DNA of 56,426 bases from Prorocentrum cordatum (lineage: Eukaryota): the NCBI GenBank assembly GCA_963575745.1, contig CAUYUJ010000089.1, positions 62,001 to 118,426 of the forward strand. The letters are read 5' to 3'. Below are positions 1 to 13,357 of the stretch, piece after piece. The first letter of the stretch is position 1. Each line of letters begins with the position of its first letter. The position numbers were made by a program, and so were the translations under genes. The notes beneath the pieces are model-generated. The model made no database searches. It was not told the DNA's origin and saw only the letters and a program-made list of their open reading frames with translations.

Positions 1-832
1 CTGCGCATGAGTAACCGCAGGTGTGCATGCGTGCGTGCATCTATTGCGTGAATATGTTGAGCGGGACGTAACCTCCGAGGCTCGAACCGAACCCAGAACT
101 CACTGGACATGTCCCAGAGCCCAGCGGCAAAAACTGAGCAGTCACACCTCGAGCCTCCTCCCTCGCTCCCTGGTTGCGGTCTCTCCCTTGTCCGTTCCCG
201 CCTGCCCGCCCGCCTGCTCCGTCCTGCCAGCCCTGGCCCCCCGCCTGCACGCTCCCCGCCGTCTGGTTGCTTCTCGATCCCTCTTCTCCCCCTCCGTCGC
301 CGCGCAGCAGAGCCTTCCAGGAGCCGATGGTGCCACAGGCTTCGCTCTCACAGGCAGGGTAACGAGCGCGGATTTGCGCGGACGTGCGTCTGCTGTTCGC
401 CCCTGACCTGCAGCTGCTCCGGCGCGGGCAGCTGCGGCAGCAGGCGCAGCGCGGGCAGCAACGTGGCGCGCAGCGCGGGCAGATCCTCCGCCGCCGCCGG
501 CCGCGCCTGCACGTGGCGGATGGCCCTGCGCAGCGATCGCTCTGCGTCCTCGCACGAGAGGCAGCAATGTAGGGAGGACGCAGCGCACCGCCACCAACAA
601 CGCCAGGAGGGCAGAGGCGGAGGGTGGTCAGGGGTGGTGGGGTACATCGTTTCGGGCGCTCTCGCGGGGCACAGTGCGCACCCGCATCGCATCCCGCACA
701 CCAGCTCGCCCTGAATCCCCCCGGGTGGTGGCGGCGGTGGTGCGCTTCCTGCTCCCAACGGACAAGGGAAGGGGCTTGCTCAGGGGTTGAGCAGGCACCG
801 ACCGTCCCGGCATTCCTATAGTCCTACCACGA

Positions 833-1142
833 AATGTTCTTAGAACCCCAAAATGTTCTAAGAACAAAAACAATGTTCTTGGAACATAAACCCGATGTGA
901 TAAAACAAGACAGTCTCCGCCATAAATGTTCTAAGAACATGTTGTGGAAATCACGGAAGGCTGCGAGGCTGCGAGGCTGCGAGGCTGCGCCTATGTCGTC
1001 CCAGGGGGACGGCCCTACGCGGGGCTAGGCGGTAGCGCCGGGGCGCCGGCATCACTCGAGCATCACATATCGCATCGTTGCCATCAAATTCCACACCCTG
1101 TGGTTGTGTCGCTGTGGAAACCACGGGAGGTTCTTAGAACAT
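833..1142. repeat. Dispersed copies (about 5) of the palindrome GTTCTWAGAAC
   Basis: aatgttcttagaac, aatgttctaagaac, aatgttcttggaac and aatgttctaagaacat at 833-940; gttcttagaacat at ~1130-1142. Confidence 0.6.
959..989 (+). repeat. 8-bp tandem repeat (GGCTGCGA) x~4
   Basis: Direct reading. Confidence 0.8.
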
Positions 1143-1322
1143 TGTCTGGTGGGGCTATAGGCGAGCCAGACGCTTCGCCACTGCTTGAAGGGGGGGGGGC
1201 ACGTCGACCTGTGGAGCCGACGGTCCGTCGCCGACGGCCCGGCGATCGGCCCCCGACAACGAGTCCGCACGGCCCTGGACGGGGTCAGACGTCGGGCCGC
1301 CATCGGCGATCGGTGGGCGATC

Positions 1323-1454
1323 GAAGGATTGCAAAAAAACCGAAGGATTGCAAAAAAACCCTGGGTTTTTTTGCAATCCTGGGTTTTTTGCAATCCTTCG
1401 TTTTTTTGCAATCCTTCGGTTTTTGTTGCAATCCTTCGGTTTTTTTGCAATCCT
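1323..1454. repeat. ~19-bp minisatellite with internal inversion (2 forward + 5 reverse copies)
   Basis: gaaggattgcaaaaaaacc x2, followed by ggttttttgcaatccttc-type units x5. Confidence 0.85.
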
Positions 1455-2160
1455 TGGGTCGATGCACTCCCCCCTGAGCCCGCTCCCTCCCACACCGCCC
1501 CCTGAGCTCAGGGGAGGGCGAGTCGAGACAGCGGCAGGTGGCCCCTCCCTGAGGTCCAGGCGTCGCATCTTCCTCGTGCCAGGGCGTTCTCGCGCGGCTG
1601 CGGGCCCCGTGACCCTCGCACATCGATGCGACTCGCAAGGTGGCGCACAAGGATGGGGTCCAGGCCTCTGGTCGTGGTTGCTCGCGATGCTACATATTTT
1701 TATGCAGCGTCGGATCTCAGTGTCGCCTACAAGCTTGACACAGCTCTGAAAACGGGTACACGTGGAGCCCGGGAGGGGTCGGGGGGCCGATTCTGAGCTG
1801 CCGCTGTCTTAGCTTGCCCTGCTCCGATCCTCGATGCGGCGCCACAGCAGCAGCCCAGGCACCCACGCCGCAACCTCCCAGAGTACCCCCTCGTCCCGCT
1901 GGTTCCAGGCCTCTGAGAAGGGCTCGACGAACGCACCACGTCATTTGGTCGGCCGAGAAGCTCGGTCTACAGACGCTCCAGCTGCCCAGCCTTGAGTGGC
2001 AACTCATGCTAGCCTCCCATGTCATCTAGCTGGCTCTTGGGTAACGACGATAGCGAAAGAGAGAAAGAGAGACGCCGTGTACGTCGAAGGTGCATTGGCA
2101 AAGCGGTGTGGCAAGAAGTGGCGCTGTGAAACAATGAGACGCCGTGCAAAACACAGCAGC

Positions 2161-2199
2161 AATCGACGCTAATCGACGTCAATCGACGCCAAATCGACA
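2161..2199 (+). repeat. 10-bp tandem repeat (AATCGACGnn) x4
   Basis: aatcgacgct aatcgacgtc aatcgacgcc aaatcgaca. Confidence 0.75.
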
Positions 2200-2619
2200 C
2201 TGCGTCAGCGCTCTCTCATCGACAACGAGAGGCTAGCCAGCACACGCGAAAACACTCTAAAGATGGAAGTTCAAGGACATAACAGTTTCTCCTGAGTTGC
2301 TACCGAACCCGACCTGTGGGACGCTGGAGCGCCTATACGTTCACAGATGCTTCGCCGAACTCCTGAGCCCCCTGGCCGACTGAGCCCCTCCGAGCCTCGC
2401 TGAAGTCCTCCTCGGGCCCGCCCTCTTCGCCGCCCTTTGGGCTCGCCCCGCTCCAGGAGAAGCGCTGGCCCATCGCGCCCCCGGCGAGCCCGAGAGGTCC
2501 ATCGGCCGAGGAGCGCCAGGGCGGGGGGCGAGGGGGGGGGGCCGCTTCTCCTGCGCCCCTCTCGGGTGGGCGGGGGGGCTTCCTGGCAACGCGCGAGCAA
2601 GAAGCGGGAGGCGAGGCCG

Positions 2620-3235
2620 CCAAGATGCCCTCAGGAGGCCCAGGATGGCCACAAGATATCTCCAAGGTGGCCGAAAATGCACCCAAGACCGCACAAGACG
2701 TACTCAAGATAGGCGAACACGGCCCAGCCCAGGAAGTCTCCAAGAGGACAGGCAAGAAGGCCCGACGTATGTTGGCACTTGCTCGTATGGTGGCATTTGC
2801 TCGTTTTCGGCCTTCCAACGGCCAAAGAAGCCCCAACGATCGCCCCAAGAGCGCCCAAGAGGTCTCCAAAATTGCCACAAGACGGCCCAAGAGAGCCACA
2901 GGTTCGCAGCAAGAGCGCCCAAGAGACCTCCAAAGGGGCCACTAAGACGGCCCGAAGAGGGCACCAAGCTGGGCCAAGAGGCCTCCAAGACACCCAAGAT
3001 GACCCCCCAAAACAACCCTGAAGCATCCCAAACGGCCCCACGTCGACCCAGAGAGACCCGCAAGACGACTTCCGACGGCTTAAAACGAGCCAGGAACGCC
3101 CCAGGACGGCCAAGGAGGCCCCCACGAAGCCCCAAAAGGCCCCCCAGGCGGCCCGAGGAAGCCACCAGGAGGCCTGCAGAGGCCCCCAGGAAGCTCCTAC
3201 GAGGTCCCCAAGAACATGACCCAACAGCTCCCAAG
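2620..3235 (+). repeat. Degenerate ~10-11-bp CCAAGA/CCAGGA-based repeat tract
   Basis: Recurrent (g/c)ccaaga, cccagga and ctccaaga words; overlapping ORFs are low-complexity. Confidence 0.65.
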
Positions 3236-3256
3236 TGATCATTCAATGTTGTTTCT

Positions 3257-3378
3257 CGTCCTCCTCCTCCTCCTCCTCCTCCTCCTCCTCCTCCTCCTCC
3301 TCCTCCTCCTCCTCTTCCTCCTCCTCATCGTCCTCCTCGTCCTCCTCTCCCCCTCCCCCTCGTCCTCCTCCTCCTCCT
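3257..3378 (+). repeat. (CCT)n microsatellite
   Basis: Direct reading. Confidence 0.95.
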
Positions 3379-3608
3379 GCTCTCGTTGTTTCATATCCGC
3401 CGGCCCCCTTGTGGGGCCACCAGGCTGTAGGCCGAAGGTTCGTTGTTTCCAGTGCCAGTTGCAGCTTCTAGTTTCCACTGTTACGGTTCTGCTTATTGCT
3501 GCTTACTGTTCCTTGTTGATGGACCGCGCGAGGGGGGGAGGCCCAAATGGGCAGGTCTAGCACGCCCTGAGCGTGTTGTCTGAATTGCTGGGGTGGGAAA
3601 AAAATGAT

Positions 3609-4375
3609 ACCCCCTCACTCAGATCGGCGGGGTCAGAGTCCCAAAACACACAGGATTTGCCAGACATTCGGTGGCACCCCTCACACAGATCGGCGGGGTC
3701 AGGGTCCAAAAACACATGGGATTTGCCGCATTTCCAAAAATTTGCTGACACCCCTCACGCAGATCGGCGGGGTCAGGGTCCAAAGACACAGGGGATTTGC
3801 CAATTTTCAAAAATTCGGTGCCACCCCTCACGCTGATCGTTGGGGTCAGGGTGCAAAAACACGCAGGATTTGCCACAGTAACATCTGGTAGCACCCCTCA
3901 CGCAGATCGGCAGGGTCAGGGTCCAAAAACACAAGGGAGTTGCCAAATTTCTGAAATTCGGCACCACCCCTCACACAGATCGGCGGGGTCAGGGTCCAAA
4001 AACAACGCGGATTTGCAACATTTTTAAAATTCGATCGCACCCCTCACGCAGATCGGCGGGGTCAGGGTCCGAAAACCAAAGGGATGCTCAACATTTCTGA
4101 AATCCGGTGGCATCCCGCACGCGGATCGACAGAGTCAGGGTCCAAAAACGCAAAAGATGTGCCACATGTTTTAAAAGTCGGTGGCACCCCTCACACAGAA
4201 AGGCGGGGTCATGGTCCAAAAACACACAGGACTTGCCACATTTCTAAAATTCGGTGCCACCGCTCACGCAGATCGGCGGGGTCAGGGTCCAGAAACACAG
4301 GAGTTGTACCACATTCCTGAAATTCAGTTGCGCCCCTCACGCAAATCGGCGGAGCCAGGGTCGAAAAACAACAAA
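3609..4375 (+). repeat. ~73-bp minisatellite, about 11 copies
   Basis: Core cacccctcacgcagatcggcggggtcagggtccaaaaacac recurs at ~3609, 3675, 3749, 3822, 3892, 3965, 4038, 4111, 4185, 4258 and 4331. Confidence 0.9.
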
Positions 4376-4479
4376 GTCCCGACACTGCTTCGGCGGCGCC
4401 CAGGACCTCATGATTTAGTTTTTTGCATCTCCCACTATACGAGACAGGGGGCCAGCGGCATGGGGCGAAGCCCTTACGG

Positions 4480-5330
4480 ATAATCATGATTGGCGTTGCT
4501 ACTAATGTGTGAAGTCTCGCTAGCATGAGTAAGAATCCTGTAGTAGCATGACTATTACGATTGATGGTTACTATGAATAATAGTTGTGCGTTATTATTAG
4601 TACCGCGGGTAAACATGATGGCGAATATTGATATCACTAGTATATGGCATAATACGATTATAATACAAGCTTCAGTATTACTTGAATCACTCCTAAAAAC
4701 ATGATTCAAATGACTTTGATTATTAAGAATTGTAATATCCATACTACGACTGCTATTGTTGAAGCCGTGACAATAATAGTTATTGTATTAGTAGTATTAA
4801 CAGTGTGGGCGTCAGACTTCGCATTGGTATCACTAACAGTATAAAAGATGAGACTGGAAGTAATATTGACAGCAGTAATAACACGAGTAGTAAGAGTACG
4901 AAAACGATTAATGCCATGATTAGTCATAAGAATATTAGCAAAAACGACTAGTGATATACAAGTTGGCTGTGGTCTTACTACGAGGAGTTATCGGATTATT
5001 ACTGTGCGTGCTAGTAGTAGTACCATTATGAGTCGTTTTTGTAATACTCAAACTCATAACACTTGGTATCCAAAATCAAATATGTTAACGGTGCTGGTCT
5101 CATTATTTTTATCGGCAAGAAGAACATACGACTAGTGTTTGAAATAATGCTGCTATAATCAGGATGGGGATTCGTATTAGTAGCCTTCGTATACTTCATG
5201 TGAGCACCACTAACATAGCCGTATTACGAACATTAGATATAGCACTTGCTGGTATTAGCCAACTATAAGTGATTCGTAGTACTATACTTGTCCGTTTCCT
5301 TATTACAGATTTTCTTGTCGAAGGTTGATT
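4480..5330. repeat. AT-rich decayed simple-sequence tract (TAG/TAT/AAT-like triplets)
   Basis: Abrupt AT enrichment with tagtagtag, aataatagt and attattag words; no credible ORF. Confidence 0.55.
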
Positions 5331-5499
5331 ATTGGTAGCAGTCGTCGTAGCATAGTTGTTCCTTGTCCTACAGTTACGAGAACAAGTCGTATAAGCAGTA
5401 GCAAGATCCCTTCCAGTTTACCTTCTGCTCTCATGATTTTGAATCCTGACGATGGTCTGCGGCTCACGCAGTCTTCTGCTACCCTATGCGGCGCTAGAA

Positions 5500-7867
5500 G
5501 AAACATGTCGAAGAACAAGACGTTTATAATGTTGCTCGAGGTAGGAAAAAAACGCCACCGATGTTCAAACTAACCCGTTCGACCCCGCTGAATCGCACGC
5601 GCATTTCAAAGGTCTGTAGTCGCACCCACTGAAAATACGCAATGAAGTCGGTTCCCAGAAAGCAACACACAAAGAGGATCCATATAGATAGATGAGCCTT
5701 TCGCAGAACGAAAAGAACATGCGATGCTTATAGCAAAAAAACAGCACTCTCAACATGAATTTTCGAATTTCGAGCCATATGCAAAAATCGATTTCAGGTC
5801 GCCATATTCTCTCTTCTGGCCGGGTCGACGAACTAGCTCTGCTCGTTGCCGAAATTCCCTAGCTCTGGTCGAACCACGAGGTCGACGAGGTGCTACTACA
5901 ACCGGGCGCCGGCGGTAAACAATCAAGACGGTTACCGCCGAAAGCCTCGTGGAGTTCCTTGCAGCTGCAACGAAATAAATATTATCAATTTTTCTGGTTG
6001 TAGCTTCTTTTGCGTCTCGCGTCGGGCTCGCTTACTTCCGGCATTGCAGCCCCAGCACTGAAGCTTTCACAAGCGGAGAGCGATGAACTGCTCAGATGGC
6101 ATCCGACGTTAGAACAGAGTACGTAGATCTTATCGGTCACAGCTGGGGTAGAAGATTCAGCTCCTGGCCCGTGCCATCGATGTCGTGCACTCGACGCTCT
6201 TCATTGCCGCGCACGGGGCCCCTGCTAAATGTCGGGTAAATTCGCAAACTCAACGCGCACAGAAAATCTTGCAGACTGCAGCGAGTTTATTGGGACATAA
6301 GTCAAGGTCGAACTCGGGTCGCGCGAGTCTTTACATAACTTTCGTCTTCGCTAGTTCGACGTCTGACCAAGAACTCATGTTTTTTAAATGAGATCTACAA
6401 GCCGCATACGCGGCGAAAAAAAATGCAGAGAGCGGGTAGTTGACGCGCGCCCATAAACATTATGAAGTTCAGATGGTTTTCGAATAAAGAACTCATATGG
6501 CATTGCGACGAGGCCTCTCCAGGCTCTCAACAACCGCCTACGGGGCTTCCCAATCTATTCGTAAAACAGAAAGCTTCGTAGCTGCTCTAAGTCTTGAGAA
6601 AATCATCTGGGCCCCCAGCGTACGCCGATCAGAAATGCAGGGGTCGAATACAATATTGACGGTTGCTCGCATGGCTTCTCGCGGACACGCGGTGACACAC
6701 ATAATACTTCTCGAAACATCACTATGCCAAAAAAACTGCGTGGCAAGCCTACATTTCGAGTAAGGTAGAGCAACCAGCATTTGCTGCCGCAATGAACCGC
6801 TGGACATAGCTAGCGCCCTCGCACTTTCACTGGCATAGCGCAATAGAAAACCTGCGATTCCGAAACGAAAATCAAACGTCAAATAATCCAGGTAATCCAC
6901 AAAAAAATTTCAAGTGAAGATATGTGTATGGTCGCAGCTCTGGTAGGAGACCGATGGCTGGCGTCTGAATAATTGGGACTTGCGCTTCTCAGCATTTCCT
7001 GACGATTGGTGCGCGCCTCAGCTCCGCAGCTCGTCCACAGCTCGAATCAAGTAGAGAAAAGGAACATCATGTCTAAAAATGCAATGCGAATGGTTCAGCC
7101 CCAGCTATGGTAGCAAACCGATATCAGACGTCTTGTAGACGTATGTATGTGATCATTCCCTGCTGGACGGCGCGCCTTCCAGCGCCGTAGTTCGCCTAAA
7201 GCTTGAATTCAATTGATAACACACACATTGCCCATCAAACAAATTGAAGATCACAATAAGTGTTCAGGTTGAAATTCTGGCACAAGTTTCAGGTATCTAG
7301 ATAGTTTAAACTAGCGTTCCTGATCATTTCCTGTCGATTAGTGTGCCCTTCAGCTCCGTAGCTTACCTACAGCTCGAATTCCGTTCAGAAAACCGCCCGC
7401 ACCTCCAAGATGACGCTGGCGACTCGATCCCGCCAGAATGCTTCTTGATAATAGTATCCACCAGATCAACCCGATCAGGAAAGATCCACACTGTCTCAAA
7501 GTTGGCAAGCCACAGCTAACCGACACGCAGACCACACATTGAAAAGGATACGGGAAAGGATGAGAATGCAAGAGGCAAGTTGGCAATTCCAACCCACTTC
7601 AACAAGCACAGCGGCGTCACCGCCCCGCGCGCGCCCTCTATGGTGTCGAAAAACGTTACCCGCCACGCCCACGTGCTTTTTGATGGCGATAGCCACCCGG
7701 TCGACCTGAGATCGAGATCGCGAGCGGAAACAAGATCGAACATGGGGGGGAATCTTAGTTTTCTAACGAATGGTTAAATTTCGAGAAACTGTTTTTTTAA
7801 CCGACCACAATTATGCAAAACGTCGGTCAAGATTTTTCGGGCCAACTAGCCCCCCAGCGCGCCGGAA
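5500..7867 (-). mobile_element. Old, highly diverged copies of the Helentron-like non-autonomous families
   Basis: Diverged hairpin cggcggtaa-acaatcaagacgg-ttaccgccg at 5910-5940 followed by a subTIR-like cctcgtggagttcc; 5815-5890 resembles the short-family 5' end; 7650-7867 resembles the long-family 5' region. Confidence 0.6.
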
Positions 7868-7969
7868 CTGGGAGCCGGCGGTAAGCCGTCAACCTTGGTT
7901 TGTTTTGCGTATTGCGCGTCGCCACAGCAGGGTCGGGTCACCGCCCAGGCGATAGCCACATAAAGAGGC

Positions 7970-9985
7970 CTAGTATCCTGCCAAAGGCAGGCATTCCTCC
8001 ACTCCCAAAAGGAGTTGTCGGGCAGACTCTAACTCAGCCGCAGCGATAGTGCTCGAGGGGGGGAGGAGGAAAGAGGATGAAGCCACGTTGGGCTCCCACA
8101 TACCACTCGGGAGGAGGGCAGGATAGCCAACAACGGAAGAGAAGCACACATGAAAATCAATCTGCCAGCCACAGCCTACACCCTGATAGGATCTTCCACC
8201 ATCGAAGCTTCCCCGAATGGCGTCGATCAGAATAGCGTTAGCTTTAACATGGGATAGGAAATCATGCCTAAAACGTGTTCTACAAATTCCCTGCCGAGCT
8301 CTGTGTGTTAACTCATCCGCAGCAGTATTGTCCTCCCTGTATACCCACTTGAAGATATGTCTCCCAAGAGAGGCAGCCTGCACACCACATATCTTAGCTA
8401 GAGCGTCTGAGATATTCTGAATACCGCCCACAATGTGGTCGTCATGCACGTTAGCAGTTAAATACAAGCCTTGAAACCACCGCACAACACATTGAGAGTC
8501 TCCCTTCAGTTCAACAGCGAGCTTTCCTGCCTGGAACTCCCACTCCGTGTAATCCTCCAATATCTTAGCATACCGTTTAGACACCACCTCCTCCTTCTTC
8601 CTGCTGAGCTCCTCCGAAAGCATCTCCTCCTCCCTCTCTTCCATAGGCTTCCAAGGAATAGGATCTTTAAGAACCAGGAAATCAGAAACACCAGGAACCT
8701 GGAGTAGCGTAAAAACTTCACGAGCAAACTTGACCCAGGCCGTCTCCGTCCATTCAAGAATATGGTACCAGTATTTCCCTCCCACTAGCTCGAATGGTGT
8801 TCTCCACGGGCGCATGCCAATAGGAACTCGGCCAGTCCTCGCACGAGTCCCAGCACGTCCAGCCTGACTTCCTGAAGAAAATACAAGATGATCCCGCCTG
8901 GTTTTCCACACACCTCCACCGTGCAACATGGACAGTCGCGCCTGCAGGTAGCCGTTGACAGCAGTGCCCGCGTCCACCACCGTGGGCTGATTGTAAAAAC
9001 GGGTTGGGTCCTCGAACCTGTCTCTGAGCCTCGCCGTGTTCTGTGAAAGTTGGGTCCTCGGACGTTTGGCCTCGTTCATGCACATCGTCTTTCTTTTCCG
9101 TCGGTTCATGGGCTCGGAGGGCGTCGTATTACCAGCAGAAGCACCAGGAGCATACATAGGAGACGGCACCTGCTGTGAGCCACCCACTACAGAAGCCTCC
9201 TCAATGTCACCACCGTCTCTGCCAAAACAAGACAATGCAGTATCCTTTGCCCATCTCCACTGCCAGCGCAAGAAGACTTGTGCCAGTGGAGGTCTGCCAG
9301 CGTCACATAACGCTTGCCTCCATCTCCTGTACATACGTGACATGAATACAGCCCACCCCTCCTCCTCCCTCTTAGCTCTCCACGTCATCCTGCTCAACAT
9401 CTCCCCCTCCTCCTTATGTATGAATGCAATTGTTGAACTGTCGACCGTGGCTCCTTCCAGGCCAAAAAGAAACTTAGATCTCACTCTCGATTCATATCGC
9501 TTAAATTTATTATTCCAAGCAATCCTCCTGGAGGTGTAAAAAGCACGATCATTCCAGAAGGCACGAACAGCTTTTCCCATACGGTATCGCACATCATCAT
9601 GACCCTTGAAATTCCTCGCAATCATCGTCCCGAGCACAATAATCTCATCCACCTGCGGAATGGTAATACTCTCAGGGAGGTACGCATTGGGCTCCCTGGT
9701 CATACCTGGCAAGAACAACGTCACCATGAGAGGCTCCGTCACACCGGTGGTAGCTCCCACGTCCACGAACTCAAGACTGCTCTGCTTCCAACGAAAGCCA
9801 TGATCATGGAGAGCCCACGTTAACTGCAGAATCATAGTAGCCAGTGTGGGGCGATCAGGAGCAGTGAGAAGCACATTGTCCGCCCATATGAAGTGACTCA
9901 CAACAATACCTCCAGCCTCACTAGAGAGTCTGACACCAATAGCATCTCTCGCCCAAGCAGAAGTAATATCACCGAACATGACCAA
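7970..9985 (-). pseudogene. RT C-terminal part plus RNase H-like domain (copy 1)
   Basis: FIWADN and VLGT motifs; KGDSQCVV, VYREDNTAAD, FDGG and AAELES motifs. Confidence 0.85.
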
Positions 9986-9999
9986 TGATCGAGCAGTCC

Positions 10000-10782
10000 T
10001 CAGGTCAGGTCCTTCCTTGGAACCTGTCTTAACACACGTTGTCCAAGGGAGCGCATCAGCGCAGACACCCTCAAATTTGAAGACCGCCTCATTTCCAACA
10101 AAAATCTCAAAAGACCATACCGAAGCTCAACATCCACACACAGACGTTCAAGCGTAGAAGAAGCAACTTGGACAGTGAGCGAATCAAATGCAGTGGCAAC
10201 ATCCAAAGAAGCAAGAACGATATTCTCCTCCTTCCCCCACAACCTGGCATGTCTATACATCGCCTTCAAACCCGATGTCACCTCATGTGTCTTGCGACCT
10301 TGCTGAAAGCCATACAGGCACAGAGACGGAGCAACAACAGGAGCAATAGACACCACATGCAAATTGAGTAGAATACACAAGCAGCCCATATACCAAGTGT
10401 TAACAACAGAATTCACAGCAAGTGTACGACTCTCATCAAACTTATTTTCCTTCCCGCTCTTCAACATAATAGATGCACGCATGAACTTCCAAGACTCAGG
10501 TGCCTCCGCCAGTCGCCAGAAGCGTCGCTGGAAACAGTCTAGCACCACACGTAGGGCTTCCCAGGACAAAGAACGTAACATGCGTGCACTTATCCCGTCA
10601 GCACCTACAGCTTTGCCTTCCCGAAGCCTCGAACGAGCACGACAGAGAACATGCATGGTAATAAGAGAAGAAGTGTGAGTGTTGCACGCGCGTGCCACAT
10701 CAGCTTGAACCCGAAGCTGCCCCAGAGTCGCCAAGTCCATAGCAAGACGTCCCTGACCACCCTCGTCATACCCTCCTTCCAC
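10000..10782 (-). pseudogene. Reverse transcriptase N-terminal part (copy 1), frameshifted
   Basis: KAVGADGI, YGFQQGRKT and LDVATAFDSL motifs. Confidence 0.85.
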
Positions 10783-11350
10783 TTACTGCGGTCTTCACAC
10801 CATTCCCCGTCGATCATCATAGAGTTAGTGACTGTCTTAGTCTTGACCCCATCCCGGTAACGATAAAGAAGTAGACGTTTCGTGAACTGCCTTCGAACAC
10901 GATTCCAACGGCGACGACTATCCTTGAACGTGGCCTCATCGATCTGACCAGATTTCCAGAGTTTGTGAACCCTGTAGTGGGCCTCTTTCCTCCTGGGCCT
11001 CCTCCTGGGTCAACTTCGGGACGAGCGAGGCCGATTTAAAGCCATAACAGCGCTTATCGGCAACAGCCCCCTCCTTCAATCGTGATTCCAGGTCGGCTAG
11101 AGAAATAGATCTCAACCTAGTATGCCAAATCACCCTTCCCTCAGACTCCTCCGTGCAGTACTGATTTTTGCGTTTGTTATGTTGGCCACTCCCCCCACCA
11201 GATTTCCACCCAGCAACCTGCGTAACAGCCATATCGAACTCTCTGCACTGTTTCACCCCCTTTCCCTCCAGTACAAACAACGAAGCGAGCGATCGACTGC
11301 CAGTGGCCTTCGTCCTACCAGAGGACTTTCCCTGCAGCGAACATGGGATA

Positions 11351-13357
11351 TCAAAACATAATCTTGTGGTCACTCCATTCCGTGTCACGAGAGCCAGGAG
11401 GATGCGCATACATAACGCGCAACTTCGAACACATAACATGAGTCTCCCAAGTCACAGGGCACGCAACATAATCAATGACATGTTTAGTCCTAGCACCTCC
11501 ACCACACCAGGTAAACTCACGATCCAGGAATGTGTTAATCAGCTTCAGACGTATCTGGGCCATACAGATACACCAGGCACGCGCACATGCACCCTGCAAC
11601 GCCTTCCTGCCAAAGCCCTCCTCCTCCCTCACAGCACGCACATGCACACCACCACCAGAGACACGAAGCCGATCAATCTCAAAATGAGGCTGCACTTCAA
11701 CATTGGCGTCGGCGCACACGACAGCGTCTCGGATACTGTACTTTTGACGCATGCGCTCCACAGCACGAGATAACTTAAGAAGAACGTTCTGGTGCAAATT
11801 GAACGTGGCCTGGTACCCCTCAGACGTTGTCCCAAAGAAGCCTTGCTGAGGAAGATACACGCTAGCATAGATGAATGCGCCCACTTCTGGCCCACGGAAG
11901 GCACAGACCGCAAATCTTCTACCAACAGCGTGCCCCAAGAAACAGGAGTTAAGAGTAGACGAGAATAGTACACCTGCTTGGCCCACTGTCGAACCACTGT
12001 CAAGCTTCACCTCAGCCGAGCAGCGATAGTGGAAACCAGCCTCATTCAACGTACCCCGTCTGAGGAACTGGCACTCCTGGAGCCCGACGAGTTGCACTCC
12101 AAGCTCACGCAAGTAAGGAAGAGCAGATAGAGCAGTAGCATCACTCATCATTCTGATGTTCCAACTGGCCGCCCTCAACGGGCGCGTACGACGCCATACA
12201 GAGTCACCATTCAGCAGCGTCTGCCAGGGCCCAGGGAGAATCTTGTCATCGAACTCAATCACCGATTCTGGCCTCAGAGTCCAACCATGCCTGGGGTCCC
12301 AAGTTCCCAAACATATCTGCCCACCGGTTTCCGGATAGCCCCAAGCCCAAGACATCTCAGGAAGCCCATACTGAATACGTACACGATTGTTCTTCTTCAA
12401 CGGGCTCCTCACACGAAAGTATGTAGCTGTAAGTTTACTGCCTGCACTCACCTGTCCCTCACGCCAAGGCCCACACTGCACTCGAATACTGATGCACGAC
12501 TGGGTAGCTGCAAGAAGAGAGTCATCTTTCCAAAGAGAATCCGCGCGCGAGGAGATGGCCTTCCAGAACACCTCCCTGACCTTCCAGACTGCATCCTTCC
12601 TCGTGCCGTGCACGAGGAAAACACGCAGCCTAAAGACACCGAGCGGCTTGCCCTGGAACTCTCTCTCAGCGGCCTCACGATCGAAGATCTTCACATCAGC
12701 CTCAAACTGCGAGCCAACTTCATCCAAGAGAATATGAATAACTCTGGTGGCCCTGGCCTCGGACATGATGTTACTCGCACGAGCCTGAACGTCTCGAGGG
12801 TATCCCGAAGTCCAGCCCGAGAGCGTCAAGTAACCAGGGACAAATGGGGGTCTCTTCCTAGTGCCTGCATTGCCTCCAAGACTCACCCGAGTAGAAACAG
12901 AGGCAGCATCACTGGCCGCACCATCATTCCCTACCGTCGCCAACTGCTTCTGAACCTGAGCATTTACCACCTCCTGAAGCTGCTGCTGCCTCACCACCTC
13001 CTTCAGTTGTTCAAGGTCACACTTCAAGGGTGCAACCTCCTGCTGAATCTCCCTCATCACGTCCTCCTTGTGCTCCGTCAGGGTACAATTGAGCATATCC
13101 ACCAAATTCTGAAACTCATTACGCAATAGACCAGTCGCGACAGGTTCTTTATCATCTGAAGCGCCCTTACCACCCATCCCAGCACGAGCCATCTTTGAAG
13201 ACCTGGAAGCATCCCCCACCTCGTCCCCCTCAGTGATCTGCTTCATGGAAACATCAGCACAAGCAGCAGCAGCAGCAGCAGATACAAAGGAATGAGCAGG
13301 GCCATTATGCATGACAAGTTGTGGTGGATGGCCAGCAGAGGAAGGGTATGTCGACAT
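11351..13357 (-). pseudogene. ORF1-like coiled-coil protein fused in frame to an APE-type endonuclease (copy 1)
   Basis: ASWNI, GLQEC, SVYLP, ADANV, TW, IDYV and SDH motifs; N-terminal part aligns by eye with ORF1 of copy 2 (FVPGYLTLSGW vs FTPTYLELKGW; GTRKDAVWKV vs GTPRDTLWRV); frameshift after SDH. Confidence 0.85.

Noticed and set aside
408..606. Possible minus-strand host exon (CEDAERSLRRAIRHV...PEQLQ followed by a CAG|GTCAGG donor-like site)
   Set aside because: Coding-like and GC-rich, but there is no identifiable acceptor, partner exon or recognisable domain; not supportable without transcripts.
833..940. Heat-shock element-like TTC..GAA repeats
   Set aside because: Spacing is TTCnnnGAA rather than the nGAAn inverted pentamer, and no downstream gene is identified.
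2333..3560. Overlapping 100-200-aa ORFs and poly-Leu/Ser/Arg ORFs
   Set aside because: They arise from the degenerate CCAAGA tract and the (CCT)n repeat.
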